Assembly: GCA_017448905.1 (NCBI GenBank)
Contig: JAFSKP010000060.1
Location: 15,867-79,866 of the forward strand
Direction of reading: 5' to 3'
Length of the DNA: 64,000 bases
From: Bacteroidales bacterium
GTDB taxonomy: Bacteria; Bacteroidota; Bacteroidia; Bacteroidales; P3
Each line of letters begins with the position of its first letter. The first letter of the stretch is position 1. The notes beneath the pieces are model-generated. The model was given only the letters and a program-made list of their open reading frames with translations. It did not search any database and was not told where the DNA came from. This document shows, piece after piece, positions 52,858 through 62,042 of this stretch. The position numbers were made by a program, and so were the translations under genes.

Positions 52858-53387
52858 CCGTCAAGTTTGAAGAATCAATACATAAAGACCTGCTCCAGTA
52901 CCTTGTAGGTATAGGTAAAGTCGATGAGCGGCTTCCCGAATGCCCCGATGTGACGGACAAATGGGAGTCCATAGGCAGCTCCTATATCCCCGACGGCGCG
53001 CGTGAGTACCGCGACTATCCCGTGGCCAGTCTCGGCTGGATGATGTACATCGGAATGGCCGTGGCCAAGTTGTGGGATGACGAATGGGAGATATACTCCC
53101 AAATAGAAGACCTCTATCTTTATATGCGTGACAAACGCGGCTATGATTCCCTGGACGAGTACATCTGCGAGGACGTGCTGATGGTGCGCGGGGAGGAATA
53201 TGAGGAGTTGGCACAGGTGGTCAGCGAGTGCGCCACCCGTGTGAACTTCGACCTCATACGCGAACAGATAGAGCCAGGCACCAAGGAGGCTTTCGACGGC
53301 TATGTGACGTGCCTGCGGCAGCTCTACCTCTTCGGAATGGCCATGCAGCTCAAACGGATGGGGTATCACATGGGAAGGGTTCGTTAG
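52854..53387 (+). CDS. Hypothetical protein (177 aa)
   Basis: 4-nt overlap with the upstream ATPase gene. Composition is coding-like and no motif was recognised. Confidence 0.5.
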   Translation: MTVKFEESIHKDLLQYLVGIGKVDERLPECPDVTDKWESIGSSYIPDGAREYRDYPVASLGWMMYIGMAVAKLWDDEWEIYSQIEDLYLYMRDKRGYDSLDEYICEDVLMVRGEEYEELAQVVSECATRVNFDLIREQIEPGTKEAFDGYVTCLRQLYLFGMAMQLKRMGYHMGRVR

Positions 53388-53390
53388 GGG

Positions 53391-54092
53391 ATGAAGACTA
53401 CGGAAACCATAGGAGGACGCGGCTGCACCATCTACACAACGGACGGTGCGGAGATCCTTTTGTTACAGCCCGTGGATGACCACGACCAAAGCCTTCTGGA
53501 CAGCGAGGTGGAACTGATACAGAGCCTCACGGAGAGACCGTTCATCCTCGTGGCCTTAGGTATCAAGGACTGGTCGTCGGAACTCACCCCGTGGCCAGCA
53601 CCGCCGACCTTCGGCAAACAGCCCTTCGGCGAGGGCGCGGAAGACACGCTCGGATATTTCAAAGACACGCTGTTACCCTCCTTGACGGAACGCTGGGGCG
53701 ATATGAAGGTTATCCTCGGCGGCTATTCATTGGCCGGTCTGTTCCCCCTATGGGCAGGATATAACTCTGAACTGTGTGACGGCATCGCTGCAGCTTCCCC
53801 GTCGGTGTGGTATCCGAGATGGACGGAATACATAGAAGGAAAGGCGATGCACAGCAAGGCCGTCTATCTGAGTCTGGGAGACCGAGAGTTCCGCACCAAG
53901 AACCCCGTTAGAGGGGAACGCGACCGAAGTGGAGCGAACCCATCTAACATGGACGATGCCATACGCTTGCAGCACGAACTCATTTCCGCCCAGGCCATTG
54001 CCACAACGCTTGAGTGGAACCCTGGCGGCCACTTCGTCGACTCGGAGAAGCGGATGGCGAAAGCCTTCGGGTGGGTGGTGGAAAATATGTAG
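53391..54092 (+). CDS. Alpha/beta hydrolase (esterase family)
   Basis: Nucleophile elbow GGYSLAG, and the terminal GGHF histidine context. Confidence 0.7.
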   Translation: MKTTETIGGRGCTIYTTDGAEILLLQPVDDHDQSLLDSEVELIQSLTERPFILVALGIKDWSSELTPWPAPPTFGKQPFGEGAEDTLGYFKDTLLPSLTERWGDMKVILGGYSLAGLFPLWAGYNSELCDGIAAASPSVWYPRWTEYIEGKAMHSKAVYLSLGDREFRTKNPVRGERDRSGANPSNMDDAIRLQHELISAQAIATTLEWNPGGHFVDSEKRMAKAFGWVVENM

Positions 54093-54533
54093 TTCATATT
54101 ATGTTGTTGTATATCAGCAGGTAAAATCTTTTTACCATATTGAAGGCATCTTCCGAGGTCAAAATTGCGAAAAAAAGGCTCTTGGATCCCGTTTTTTAAT
54201 CGTGGATTTTCCGGATTGAAGTAGGCTGAAAAATTTTTTCAAGGTATTTTCATCTAAAAATACATCATTTCCAAGCCACGTTTTTGACCTGTCCGAAGAG
54301 CAAAAAAATGCTTTTTGTACTGCGTTTGTTCGGATTTGGATTGTATAATGCTGCATTTTAATCATTTGCAGAGGTTGTAAATCGAGTTGAATCCATTTCG
54401 GATTTTGTTAATCTGATTTCTCGATTTAGAATCGATTTAATCTCGATTTAGAATTGTAAATGATTGAAAATAAATTTGTACGTATCAAAACTTTACTTAT
54501 CTTTGCCGGCGAGATACCAAAAAATGAACAATT

Positions 54534-55013
54534 ATGGAAATATACAAAGCACTTAGCCGATGGGACTCATTCGCCGCTCTCCTTTCATTAAGGAAAGGAC
54601 GTTTCCCGATGCCAAAGAACGGAGGCAGTTATGTGGTAGAGAAGTCTGATGATGTGAAGAGCATGGAGAAACTGGAGGATTTCCTTAACAGTAATATGCA
54701 CCTTGACCGGCTCATAAAGGTGAAGCACTCCTGGGTTAGCCCGTTGGACAAGGGAGGTGATGGCAAGCGTTTTTATGAGATAGAGGGGATAAAGGGCAAA
54801 GTATACGAGTGGAGAGATTTCAGCGAGACATTGGAACTGCCCAATATCAAACGCAGACAAAAACCGGATAGGTCTGGTGCAAATGGCAAGGAGGTCGCTG
54901 CCGCGAAGAAAAGACAGAATCTTGTTCTCCGGTTCAGAAAACAATACCCTCATGTGCGGGAGAACATTATTAGGCAGATGGTTGACAGGGAGATGACAAG
55001 GCTGGCAGTATAG
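54534..55013 (+). CDS. Hypothetical basic protein (159 aa)
   Basis: A -7 box TATCTTTG lies at 54498-54505, just upstream. No motif was recognised. Confidence 0.45.
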   Translation: MEIYKALSRWDSFAALLSLRKGRFPMPKNGGSYVVEKSDDVKSMEKLEDFLNSNMHLDRLIKVKHSWVSPLDKGGDGKRFYEIEGIKGKVYEWRDFSETLELPNIKRRQKPDRSGANGKEVAAAKKRQNLVLRFRKQYPHVRENIIRQMVDREMTRLAV

Positions 55014-55527
55014 GGAGAGACCATAGTTTGAGAATATAGACAGATGCACCGCTGTGAAGTAGGGCATCAGCCTGGTCGGGAAGAGATTCCTTCCCAGGCA
55101 CAATGCACGATAGTGTGCAGAAACAACAAAACGTAATGTTATGTTTATAACAATTGCCCTCGTATTGGCCTTCCTCGCGGAGGGTTTCAAGGACATGACC
55201 GGTGACGGCTTCTTTAAGATGAAGTAAATAGTAGACCGTCTGTCGGTCGTTGTAAGTTAAGGTGATGGAAAGTACCCAAAGGTGTATGCATTCTGGGTGC
55301 TTTTTTTTAGCAATTAGTTGCAAAGTACAGCAAATTGTAACGGCGAGTCTTCATCTTTGTTAGCAGCCCATCATGCGTGTGCGTGGTGGGCATTTTTTGT
55401 GTGTGCCTTAGCAGAGGTGTGTGTGGTATACTTTCGGCTACAATATGGTATACTTTTCGATTATTATGGCGGTTTTAACGCCTTAAATCAGTGGTTTACA
55501 TACCAATGCCTGTTTGCAATACAATAC

Positions 55528-55544
55528 TGCGTCAAAATGACGCA
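55528..55544. promoter_or_regulatory. 17-bp palindrome TGCGTCAAAATGACGCA (operator candidate, site 1)
   Basis: Perfect inverted repeat. Confidence 0.45.
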
Positions 55545-55652
55545 AAATTTATGTTTTGAATAGCCATGAGAGGCTATTTTTGTGTCGTAACCTAACCGAT
55601 AATGAAAAATATTTCAGTACACTTAACTTTGTGTTTCAATTTGTTGCAAATT

Positions 55653-55675
55653 TTTTGCGTCAAAATGACGCAAAA
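55653..55675. promoter_or_regulatory. 23-bp perfect palindrome TTTTGCGTCAAAATGACGCAAAA (operator candidate, site 2)
   Basis: Perfect inverted repeat 53 nt upstream of the NrtR-like start codon. Confidence 0.5.
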
Positions 55676-55701
55676 TATTTTGTCAGTTTGAAAATAAGTT
55701 G

Positions 55702-55724
55702 TATTTTTGCGTCAAAATGACACA
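55702..55724 (+). promoter_or_regulatory. -7 box TATTTTTG overlapping palindrome site 3 (TGCGTCAAAATGACACA)
   Basis: The box is at 55702-55709 and the site at 55708-55724 (one mismatch). The ATG is at 55728. Confidence 0.5.
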
Positions 55725-55727
55725 AGA

Positions 55728-56684
55728 ATGAACTCTGAAAAACATACTGACGGCTACACTTACAAATATCCCCATCCGGCGGTGACTACCGACTGCGTGG
55801 TGTTCGGTTTCGACGGCAAAGAACTCAAGGTTCTCCTCATCGAGCGCGGTCTTGATCCCTACAAAGGCATGTGGGCGTTCCCTGGCGGATTCCTTCGTAT
55901 GGACGAGACGGCAGAAGAGTGTGCCAGACGCGAACTCAGGGAGGAGACCGGCTTGGAACTTGACAAGGTGAGAGAACTCGGAAGCTTCTCCGGCGTCGAC
56001 CGTGACCCGCGCGAGCGCGTTATATCCATTGCATATTACTCTTTGGCTTGTCATTCCGATGTGAAGGGCGGCGACGACGCGGCCAAGGCCAAGTGGTGGG
56101 CTATCGACGATATTCCGCAGCTGGCTTTCGACCACGACTATATCCTCCGCAAGGCCATGAAGCGCATCCGTCAGGACATCCACTTCGAGCCGGTGGGATT
56201 CGACCTGCTGGACAAGGAGTTCACCATCTCGGAGCTGCAGCGTCTCTATGAGAGTATCCTCGGCGTGCATTTCGACCGCCGCAACTTCCTCCGCAAGATG
56301 ATACAGACCGGCGTACTTCTGGAAGTCGAGGAGGACGATATGCCCAGACCATCCTATTATGGCAAGCGGAAGGAGATGAAACGAATGGACATCGACGACC
56401 TCTTTGATGGTTCTGTTGCAGAGGCTTCCATGCCATACGTTGTTCCCAACCAGGTATGTCAACAGTTTTGTATGGAAGAATCGGATGAGGCTCCGGCCAG
56501 CGCTTCCGACCGTATTCACCGTATCCATGACCTTCTGAAAAACAATACAATAGCGGAGGAGACGTGTGAGGCTGTTGTATGTGAGTCGGAACGTCCGGCG
56601 GCACGCAAGAAGAAGCTCTACCGCTTCAATCAGGAAAAATATGACCGAATGAAGGAGGACGGCAATTTCCGTCTGGAGTTCTGA
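55728..56684 (+). CDS. NrtR-like regulator: Nudix (ADP-ribose pyrophosphatase-like) domain fused to winged-helix DNA-binding domain, with acidic C-terminal extension
   Basis: Nudix box GGFLRMDETAEECARRELREETG. The wHTH block is LLDKEFTISELQRLYESILGVHFDRRNFLRKMIQTGVL. Confidence 0.8.
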   Translation: MNSEKHTDGYTYKYPHPAVTTDCVVFGFDGKELKVLLIERGLDPYKGMWAFPGGFLRMDETAEECARRELREETGLELDKVRELGSFSGVDRDPRERVISIAYYSLACHSDVKGGDDAAKAKWWAIDDIPQLAFDHDYILRKAMKRIRQDIHFEPVGFDLLDKEFTISELQRLYESILGVHFDRRNFLRKMIQTGVLLEVEEDDMPRPSYYGKRKEMKRMDIDDLFDGSVAEASMPYVVPNQVCQQFCMEESDEAPASASDRIHRIHDLLKNNTIAEETCEAVVCESERPAARKKKLYRFNQEKYDRMKEDGNFRLEF

Positions 56685-56804
56685 AGAAACATAGATAAGT
56701 ATAAGTAACCAAAAATTAGAAATATAATTAAATTATTCGATAGGGCGCGACTTGTCGTGTCAGCGTAAAGAACACCCTTTTTATTAACCCAAAATTTCAC
56801 AGAT

Positions 56805-57902
56805 ATGGAAACTATCATCAGAACCAAGGTATTCAATCTCATTATTCTCGACAAGAGCGGCTCTATGTCCTCCATTGCCAAAGCAGCCATTGCCGGTTTC
56901 AACGAGACCGTCGGAGGCATCCGCTCTGCACAGAAGCAGTTCGCCGACACACAGGAGCATTATGTCAGCCTGCTTCCCTTCTGCGCCTGCTCTATGGAGT
57001 ATGTCTATGACTGTGTTCCCGTGGAGAAGGTCAAGAATCTCACATCCAAGGACTACCAGCCCTGCTGCGGAACACCGCTCTACGATGCCATGGGCAAGGG
57101 TATTAACGACCTCTACAAGAAGACCAAGGATATGGAGAACGCCACCGTTGTCGTGACCATCATCACCGACGGTATGGAGAATGCCTCCCATGAGTACAGC
57201 GGCAAGGCCATCAAAGCCCTCGTAGACAAGATGCGTGATGACCACGGTTGGAACTTCGCCTACATTGGCACCAACCAGGACGTGGAGTCCGTGGCCATCA
57301 ACCTGTCTATCACCAACTCTTTCTTCTTCGAGGACACCGAGGAGGGTATGACGAAGGCTTGGGAGCGCGAGCGCAAATCCAAACAGCGCATGTACAGCCG
57401 CCTTGACGAGGCCGCTTGCTACTGCTGTGATTCGGCGGAACCAATGTCAGCAGAGGAGCGTAAAAGACACATACATGACGTGCTTCGTAAGAATAAGAAC
57501 TATCAGGAGTCCAGCGAGTTCGCGCACCGCGTTACCCCCAACCACATCAAGGCATTGAAGCCTGGTCAGGTGTTCGTCTTTGGAAGCAACGGAATGGGTG
57601 CACATGGCGGAGGAGCCGCACTTGCCGCTGTGAAGCACTTCGGGGCTGTCATGGGACAGGCCGAGGGAATGCAGGGCAACAGCTACGCCATCAACTCGAT
57701 GGACGGTTTGAAGGTGCTGCAGGAGCAGGCCGAGCGCTTCATCCACTATGCCAAGGAGCATCCGGAGCGCACTTTCCTCGTCACCGCCATCGGATGCGGC
57801 ATCGCAGGTTACACGCCGGAACAGGTGGCTCCGCTGTTTGTCAAGGCTGTTGATGTTGAGAACATTTGGCTCCCGAAGTCGTTCTGGGATGAATTGTTCT
57901 AA
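56805..57902 (+). CDS. Fusion protein: N-terminal vWA domain plus C-terminal Gly-rich Rossmann-like domain (A1S_2505-type phage-associated family, from memory)
   Basis: MIDAS motifs LDKSGSM, GTPLYDA and TDGMEN. The C-terminal part is GQVFVFGSNGMGAHGGGAALAAVKHFGAVMGQAEGMQGNSYAI. Confidence 0.7.
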   Translation: METIIRTKVFNLIILDKSGSMSSIAKAAIAGFNETVGGIRSAQKQFADTQEHYVSLLPFCACSMEYVYDCVPVEKVKNLTSKDYQPCCGTPLYDAMGKGINDLYKKTKDMENATVVVTIITDGMENASHEYSGKAIKALVDKMRDDHGWNFAYIGTNQDVESVAINLSITNSFFFEDTEEGMTKAWERERKSKQRMYSRLDEAACYCCDSAEPMSAEERKRHIHDVLRKNKNYQESSEFAHRVTPNHIKALKPGQVFVFGSNGMGAHGGGAALAAVKHFGAVMGQAEGMQGNSYAINSMDGLKVLQEQAERFIHYAKEHPERTFLVTAIGCGIAGYTPEQVAPLFVKAVDVENIWLPKSFWDELF

Positions 57903-57920
57903 CTTTAATACATTATTGCT

Positions 57921-58247
57921 ATGAATCCAGACAGAGACAAGCCAGGACATTGGAACCTCCGCAAAGGCCACGTGGATGAAATCAGCGAGCAGCGTCTGAC
58001 GGAGACGATGGAGATGCTGCAACGGGTGGCCGACAATACCAACACCGACCTTGAAGACGTGATAAGCGTCTATAATGCAGCCTCCCGAAACCGTCTCACG
58101 GAAGTATTACTGGACAGCGGCGATGCCTTCGACTGGGCCGTGGATGACATCAAGGAGTGGAAGAAAGAACACGAATACACCAAAGTTATGCTCGCCGGTG
58201 ACTATAATGCCGACGAAGTCAGAGTAAAGATGATAAATGACGATTAA
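57921..58247 (+). CDS. Hypothetical acidic protein (108 aa)
   Basis: An ORF packed between neighbours on the same strand. No motif was recognised. Confidence 0.45.
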   Translation: MNPDRDKPGHWNLRKGHVDEISEQRLTETMEMLQRVADNTNTDLEDVISVYNAASRNRLTEVLLDSGDAFDWAVDDIKEWKKEHEYTKVMLAGDYNADEVRVKMINDD

Positions 58248-58259
58248 AACCAGACAATT

Positions 58260-59018
58260 ATGATAGGAGCAATTATAGGCGACATAGTAGGGTCGCGATT
58301 TGAATTTCACAACCACCGCTCGACAGAGTTCGAGTTCTTCCACCCCGACTGCACCTTCACCGATGACACGGTGATGACGGTGGCCGTGGCGGATGCCATT
58401 ATGAATGGCCGTCCTTTCGGGGAGGTGATGCACGAGTATGGCCGCAAGTACCCCAACCGTGGTTATGGCGGACGGTTCTTCAACTGGCTGCTTTCCAAAA
58501 CACCGAAGCCCTACAATTCCTTCGGCAACGGTTCGGCCATGCGTGTTTCCCCGTGTGCTTATCTTGCCAAAGGCAACCGCGAGTGGGCTCTAACGTGGGC
58601 AACAGCCTCCGCAGTCTGTACCCACAACCACCCAGAGGGTGTAAAAGGAGCGATGGCTATTACCGACTGCATCTTGTTGGCACAGCAACACGTATCAAAG
58701 GATGAGATACGAAAAATCGCCGAGGAACTATATGATTACGACATGGACTTCACTATCGACCAGATACGTCCGAGGTTCGGGTTCAACGAGACGTGCCAAA
58801 AGACTGTTCCGCAGGCCATTGAATGCTTCCTGGAGAGCCATGACTTTGAGAGTGCTATCCGCATTGCCATCTCGCTCGGAGGCGACAGCGATACAATTGC
58901 CAACATTACGGGCGGTATGGCGGAGGCTTATTACGGAGTGCCGGAGGATATGGTTGTCAAAGCCATGTCTATGTTGCCAGAAGAGATGCGGAGTGTTGTG
59001 AAGGCGATGTATGAATAA
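58260..59018 (+). CDS. ADP-ribosylglycohydrolase family protein
   Basis: GAIIGDIVGSRFEF, FTDDTVMT, GNGSAMRVSP and SLGGDSDTIA (binuclear metal-site motifs). Confidence 0.85.
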   Translation: MIGAIIGDIVGSRFEFHNHRSTEFEFFHPDCTFTDDTVMTVAVADAIMNGRPFGEVMHEYGRKYPNRGYGGRFFNWLLSKTPKPYNSFGNGSAMRVSPCAYLAKGNREWALTWATASAVCTHNHPEGVKGAMAITDCILLAQQHVSKDEIRKIAEELYDYDMDFTIDQIRPRFGFNETCQKTVPQAIECFLESHDFESAIRIAISLGGDSDTIANITGGMAEAYYGVPEDMVVKAMSMLPEEMRSVVKAMYE

Positions 59019-59081
59019 GTTGCCCGTTTGGGCAATAAAAATCGCTTTCCTGCGTTATTTCAGAGTATTAGACAATAGATT

Positions 59082-59687
59082 ATGACCACAAAAGACAAGA
59101 TACTGGAACTTCTCGACAAGACCGACCGCCAGGGTATCGATGAGGTGATGGACTGGCTGAAAGGCAGCGGCTTCTTCATGGCTCCTGCTTCCACCAACTT
59201 CCACGGCAACTACGAAGGTGGTCTGGCCGACCATTCCCTCAACGTGTACACCGCAGCCATGCGTTTGCGTTCAACGGCATTGAGTCTCAATCCAACGTTG
59301 GAGAGCGAGCTGCCGGAGGATAGTGTTACCATCGCCACCCTGCTGCACGACATCTGCAAGGCTGATGTGTACAAGGAAATCACCAAGAAGCGCCAGAACA
59401 GTTTCGGACGCTGGGAGGAATACCAGGGCTATACGGTGGATTACAGCAACTTTCCCCTTGGCCATGGCGAGAAGAGCGTCATCATTCTGCTCCGTTTGGG
59501 TTTGGACTTGACCGATGCCGAGATAGCTGCCATCCGCTGGCACATGACGGCTTGGGATTTGCCCTTCCAGAGCCGTGAGGCGTTGGGCAACATCAACGCA
59601 GCCAAAGACAAATACCCGTTGTGCGCCTTGGTTCAGTTGGCCGATGGCTTTGCCTCGTCGCTGATGGAAGACACTGTAAAAAACTAA
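59082..59687 (+). CDS. HD-domain phosphohydrolase
   Basis: GGLADHSLNV, LLHDICK, GHGEKS and IRWHM. Confidence 0.75.
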   Translation: MTTKDKILELLDKTDRQGIDEVMDWLKGSGFFMAPASTNFHGNYEGGLADHSLNVYTAAMRLRSTALSLNPTLESELPEDSVTIATLLHDICKADVYKEITKKRQNSFGRWEEYQGYTVDYSNFPLGHGEKSVIILLRLGLDLTDAEIAAIRWHMTAWDLPFQSREALGNINAAKDKYPLCALVQLADGFASSLMEDTVKN

Positions 59688-60355
59688 CAACGTAAACCAG
59701 CACAGAACCGATTTCGTGTCTGGGTGTTAGCTGGTGAGTCTTTATAGTATCTCATCAAGGCGAGTGGGTGGGTGAATGAGTTAGCGTCAAACTCCTTGTC
59801 AAGATAGTCGGCAGCATGATTCACGACAGCCTCGCTAAAAAAGGCTTCTGCCTTATCCCTAAAATCGGATGACTTCGCCAGTTTACCGAAACCGAGGTAT
59901 ATGGGGGCTTTGATACTGACTATATCGTGCTTGAAAATGGTGTCGTTAATCTCTCCGAGCATCGCAAGTTCCTTGTTCGTCTTCAAGGCTTTGCCCAAGT
60001 CCTGCTCTTTCAGATAGAACAGATTGAATATCTGGATTACTCCGTTCAGTTGCATCTTGTCCGGCACATTGTAGTACAAGGCAAACAACTCGGCCACGCA
60101 ATACATTGTCTGGTCGCCCTTGAACTCAAACCACTCCTTTCCTTCATCGCCAGGATATTCAAATGCAGCCAAATTAGCAAGCAAAGAAGAGTCTGTAATG
60201 CTGATGTCTTTCCCGTTTTTGAAGTTTGCGCTTCCTGGGTTCTTCATCACGACGGAGCCGATGATGTCCCATGAGTTTCCAAACTGGAGCAATGTGCGCC
60301 AGCGATAACCGTTCCCGCAATCGTCAATGGCCTGATAATGTGTGTAGACTTTCAT
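59684..60355 (-). CDS. DUF1643 domain protein
   Basis: IIGSVVMKNPGSA, as in DUF1643 (recalled). It is convergent with the HD gene. Confidence 0.65.
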   Translation of the reverse strand: MKVYTHYQAIDDCGNGYRWRTLLQFGNSWDIIGSVVMKNPGSANFKNGKDISITDSSLLANLAAFEYPGDEGKEWFEFKGDQTMYCVAELFALYYNVPDKMQLNGVIQIFNLFYLKEQDLGKALKTNKELAMLGEINDTIFKHDIVSIKAPIYLGFGKLAKSSDFRDKAEAFFSEAVVNHAADYLDKEFDANSFTHPLALMRYYKDSPANTQTRNRFCAGLRC

Positions 60356-60369
60356 GCCTTTTGACCGCT

Positions 60370-61398
60370 TTATCTTGAATTTCTTAATATTCCGTCGGCT
60401 GCATCACGATGTCGTTTGCGTATCGAGTTGGCGAGGAATACCGGTTCAACCACACGGATGCCTGGCCCAAACCCAAGGAACGCACGTATCAATTCCGGAT
60501 TTATGATGACGTTGATTTCAAACAACATCTCTCCATTGTCGGTTTGCTCTAAAAGGGTTTGGGAACAATGGATGGGTTTGGTAAGGAAATAAGGCGCGTC
60601 CTCTGTGGATGCCCAGAACTTTACGGTCGTTGTCTTGCTTGACAGGTCGCGAGACACGCCCACCATCTCGGAGAAATATTTCTCGGCATCGAAATTCTTT
60701 GGCACGTTGTTCGGCTCGTCAGAAAGTGTTTCAATGCTGCCTATACGGTCAAGAGCGAGAGTGAGGAGCTTTTTCGGATTGTCTTTCCGTCTTCCTACAA
60801 CGAACCATCTGTTGTTGAACTCTTTCAGCACATAGGGATAGAATACGAATGAAGAGGGCTTTATGGCTCGGAATGACTGGTATTCGTACTTTTGTGCATG
60901 GCCTCGGCGCAGGGCATCATATATCACTGGGACAAAGTTCAACCCCTTCAATCGCTCGTTGCTCTCCATCATTATCAAAGCCTTGCTGTTCGCTGTGGCA
61001 AGGTTCACCTGGTCTTCAAGTCTGCTCACCAGGTCTGCGATGCCGGCCATTGCGGGGAAGCCTACCAGTTGCTTCAACACCCCCACGGCTCCCGACAACT
61101 CGTCCAGGTCATGTTCCGTAAGCGGACTGTGCATGATACTGTAGTCAGGATCTTCGTATGTGTAGTATTTGTTATCCACCACGATGATAGGAGCGTTGTA
61201 GCCGAGACGGTCGCTGCGCATAGTCTGGATGTCGAGCTGGATGGTGCGTCGGCTGATACCCTTGCGGATGCCCTCGTATTCATACAGCGCATCGGAGCAG
61301 GCTTCGATAAGGTCGTCAAGCGTCCATTGCCGGTAGCGGTTGCAGAGGCAATGGTCTATGGTCTTGTAGCGCAGCAGCGCATTGCGGTTGACAGGCAT
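60370..61398 (-). CDS. WYL-domain transcriptional regulator (HTH-WYL-WCX architecture)
   Basis: N-terminus MPVNRNALLRYKTIDHCL...RTIQLDIQTMR, central FVFYPYVLKEFNNRWFVVG (WYL-like). A minus-strand -7 box at 61420-61427 supports the start at 61398. Confidence 0.8.
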   Translation of the reverse strand: MPVNRNALLRYKTIDHCLCNRYRQWTLDDLIEACSDALYEYEGIRKGISRRTIQLDIQTMRSDRLGYNAPIIVVDNKYYTYEDPDYSIMHSPLTEHDLDELSGAVGVLKQLVGFPAMAGIADLVSRLEDQVNLATANSKALIMMESNERLKGLNFVPVIYDALRRGHAQKYEYQSFRAIKPSSFVFYPYVLKEFNNRWFVVGRRKDNPKKLLTLALDRIGSIETLSDEPNNVPKNFDAEKYFSEMVGVSRDLSSKTTTVKFWASTEDAPYFLTKPIHCSQTLLEQTDNGEMLFEINVIINPELIRAFLGFGPGIRVVEPVFLANSIRKRHRDAADGILRNSR

Positions 61399-61419
61399 AG
61401 TGTTGTGTTTTTCGTGGTG

Positions 61420-61427
61420 CAAAGATA
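61420..61427 (-). promoter_or_regulatory. -7 box TATCTTTG (minus strand) for the WYL regulator
   Basis: The reverse complement of CAAAGATA. Confidence 0.5.
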
Positions 61428-61589
61428 CGCAATTATTCTGGAACTGGTATGATGGGTAGCCGTCAGATTGCTGCCTTTTGAAGCATTATAATGAAAAATT
61501 TTGCATTTTATCATATTGATATTCAATAGTATAAAAAATTTTTCAAAAATATTTTCAAAGTACGCAAAAAGATTGCGCACCGACTATAG

Positions 61590-61597
61590 TATCTTTG
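61590..61597 (+). promoter_or_regulatory. -7 box TATCTTTG for the Y-RNA-like array / rsr-rtcB operon
   Basis: Perfect TAnnTTTG match about 50 nt upstream of the first RNA unit. Confidence 0.55.
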
Positions 61598-61646
61598 CAC
61601 CGAGAAAACGAAAACAGAAGTTCTTTGATAGATTGACCACATGAAA

Positions 61647-61757
61647 GGTGACGGTTGCCGTAGCGGGGAGTTACTTCGTTTGCTAAACCGGCAAGGTCTG
61701 AAACCACCGTTGGATTATTCCAAAAGTCTCCCTGCGTCTGTTTCACCGTTGCCTTGT
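61647..61757 (+). ncRNA. Y-RNA-like element, unit 1
   Basis: UUGCCGUA plus hairpin GCGGGG-AGUUA-CUUCGU. UUGCCGUAGC pairs with GCUA..CGGCAA. It ends at CACCGUUGCCUUG. Boundaries are approximate. Confidence 0.45.
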
Positions 61758-61764
61758 TATAAGG

Positions 61765-62033
61765 TGGAGTTGCCGTAGTGGAGGATTACTTCGTCCCAGA
61801 GCCCGTGAGTCGAATGACTCGGATGGGCAGTTAGAAGCCTCCATGAATGTCGCACTTCACCTTTATGAATTAGGCAAGTGCTGTAGGTAAGACTTCCATC
61901 GGTCTGTAAAACCTCTTGTGTCGCGGGTTGTCGGCAGAGCCGACGCCATAGCACGATTCCCGTCGAGGCTTGTCCTCGTAGCTCAGCTGGTAGAGCAAAG
62001 TTTATTGTCTTTCCGTCCGTTGCCTTGCTTTTA
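61765..62033 (+). ncRNA. Y-RNA-like element, unit 2, with tRNA-like segment (YrlA-like)
   Basis: UUGCCGUA plus GUGGAG-GAUUA-CUUCGU, several nested hairpins, the tRNA D-arm sequence GUAGCUCAGCUGGUAGAGCA at 61978-61997, and an end at CCGUUGCCUUGCUUUU. Confidence 0.5.
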
Positions 62034-62042
62034 CAACAAACA

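Noticed and set aside
61971-62033. A possible tRNA gene, because of the canonical D-arm.
   Set aside because: No T-arm, anticodon arm or matching 3' acceptor strand occurs in the correct order. It is better explained as the tRNA-like part of a Y-RNA-like element.
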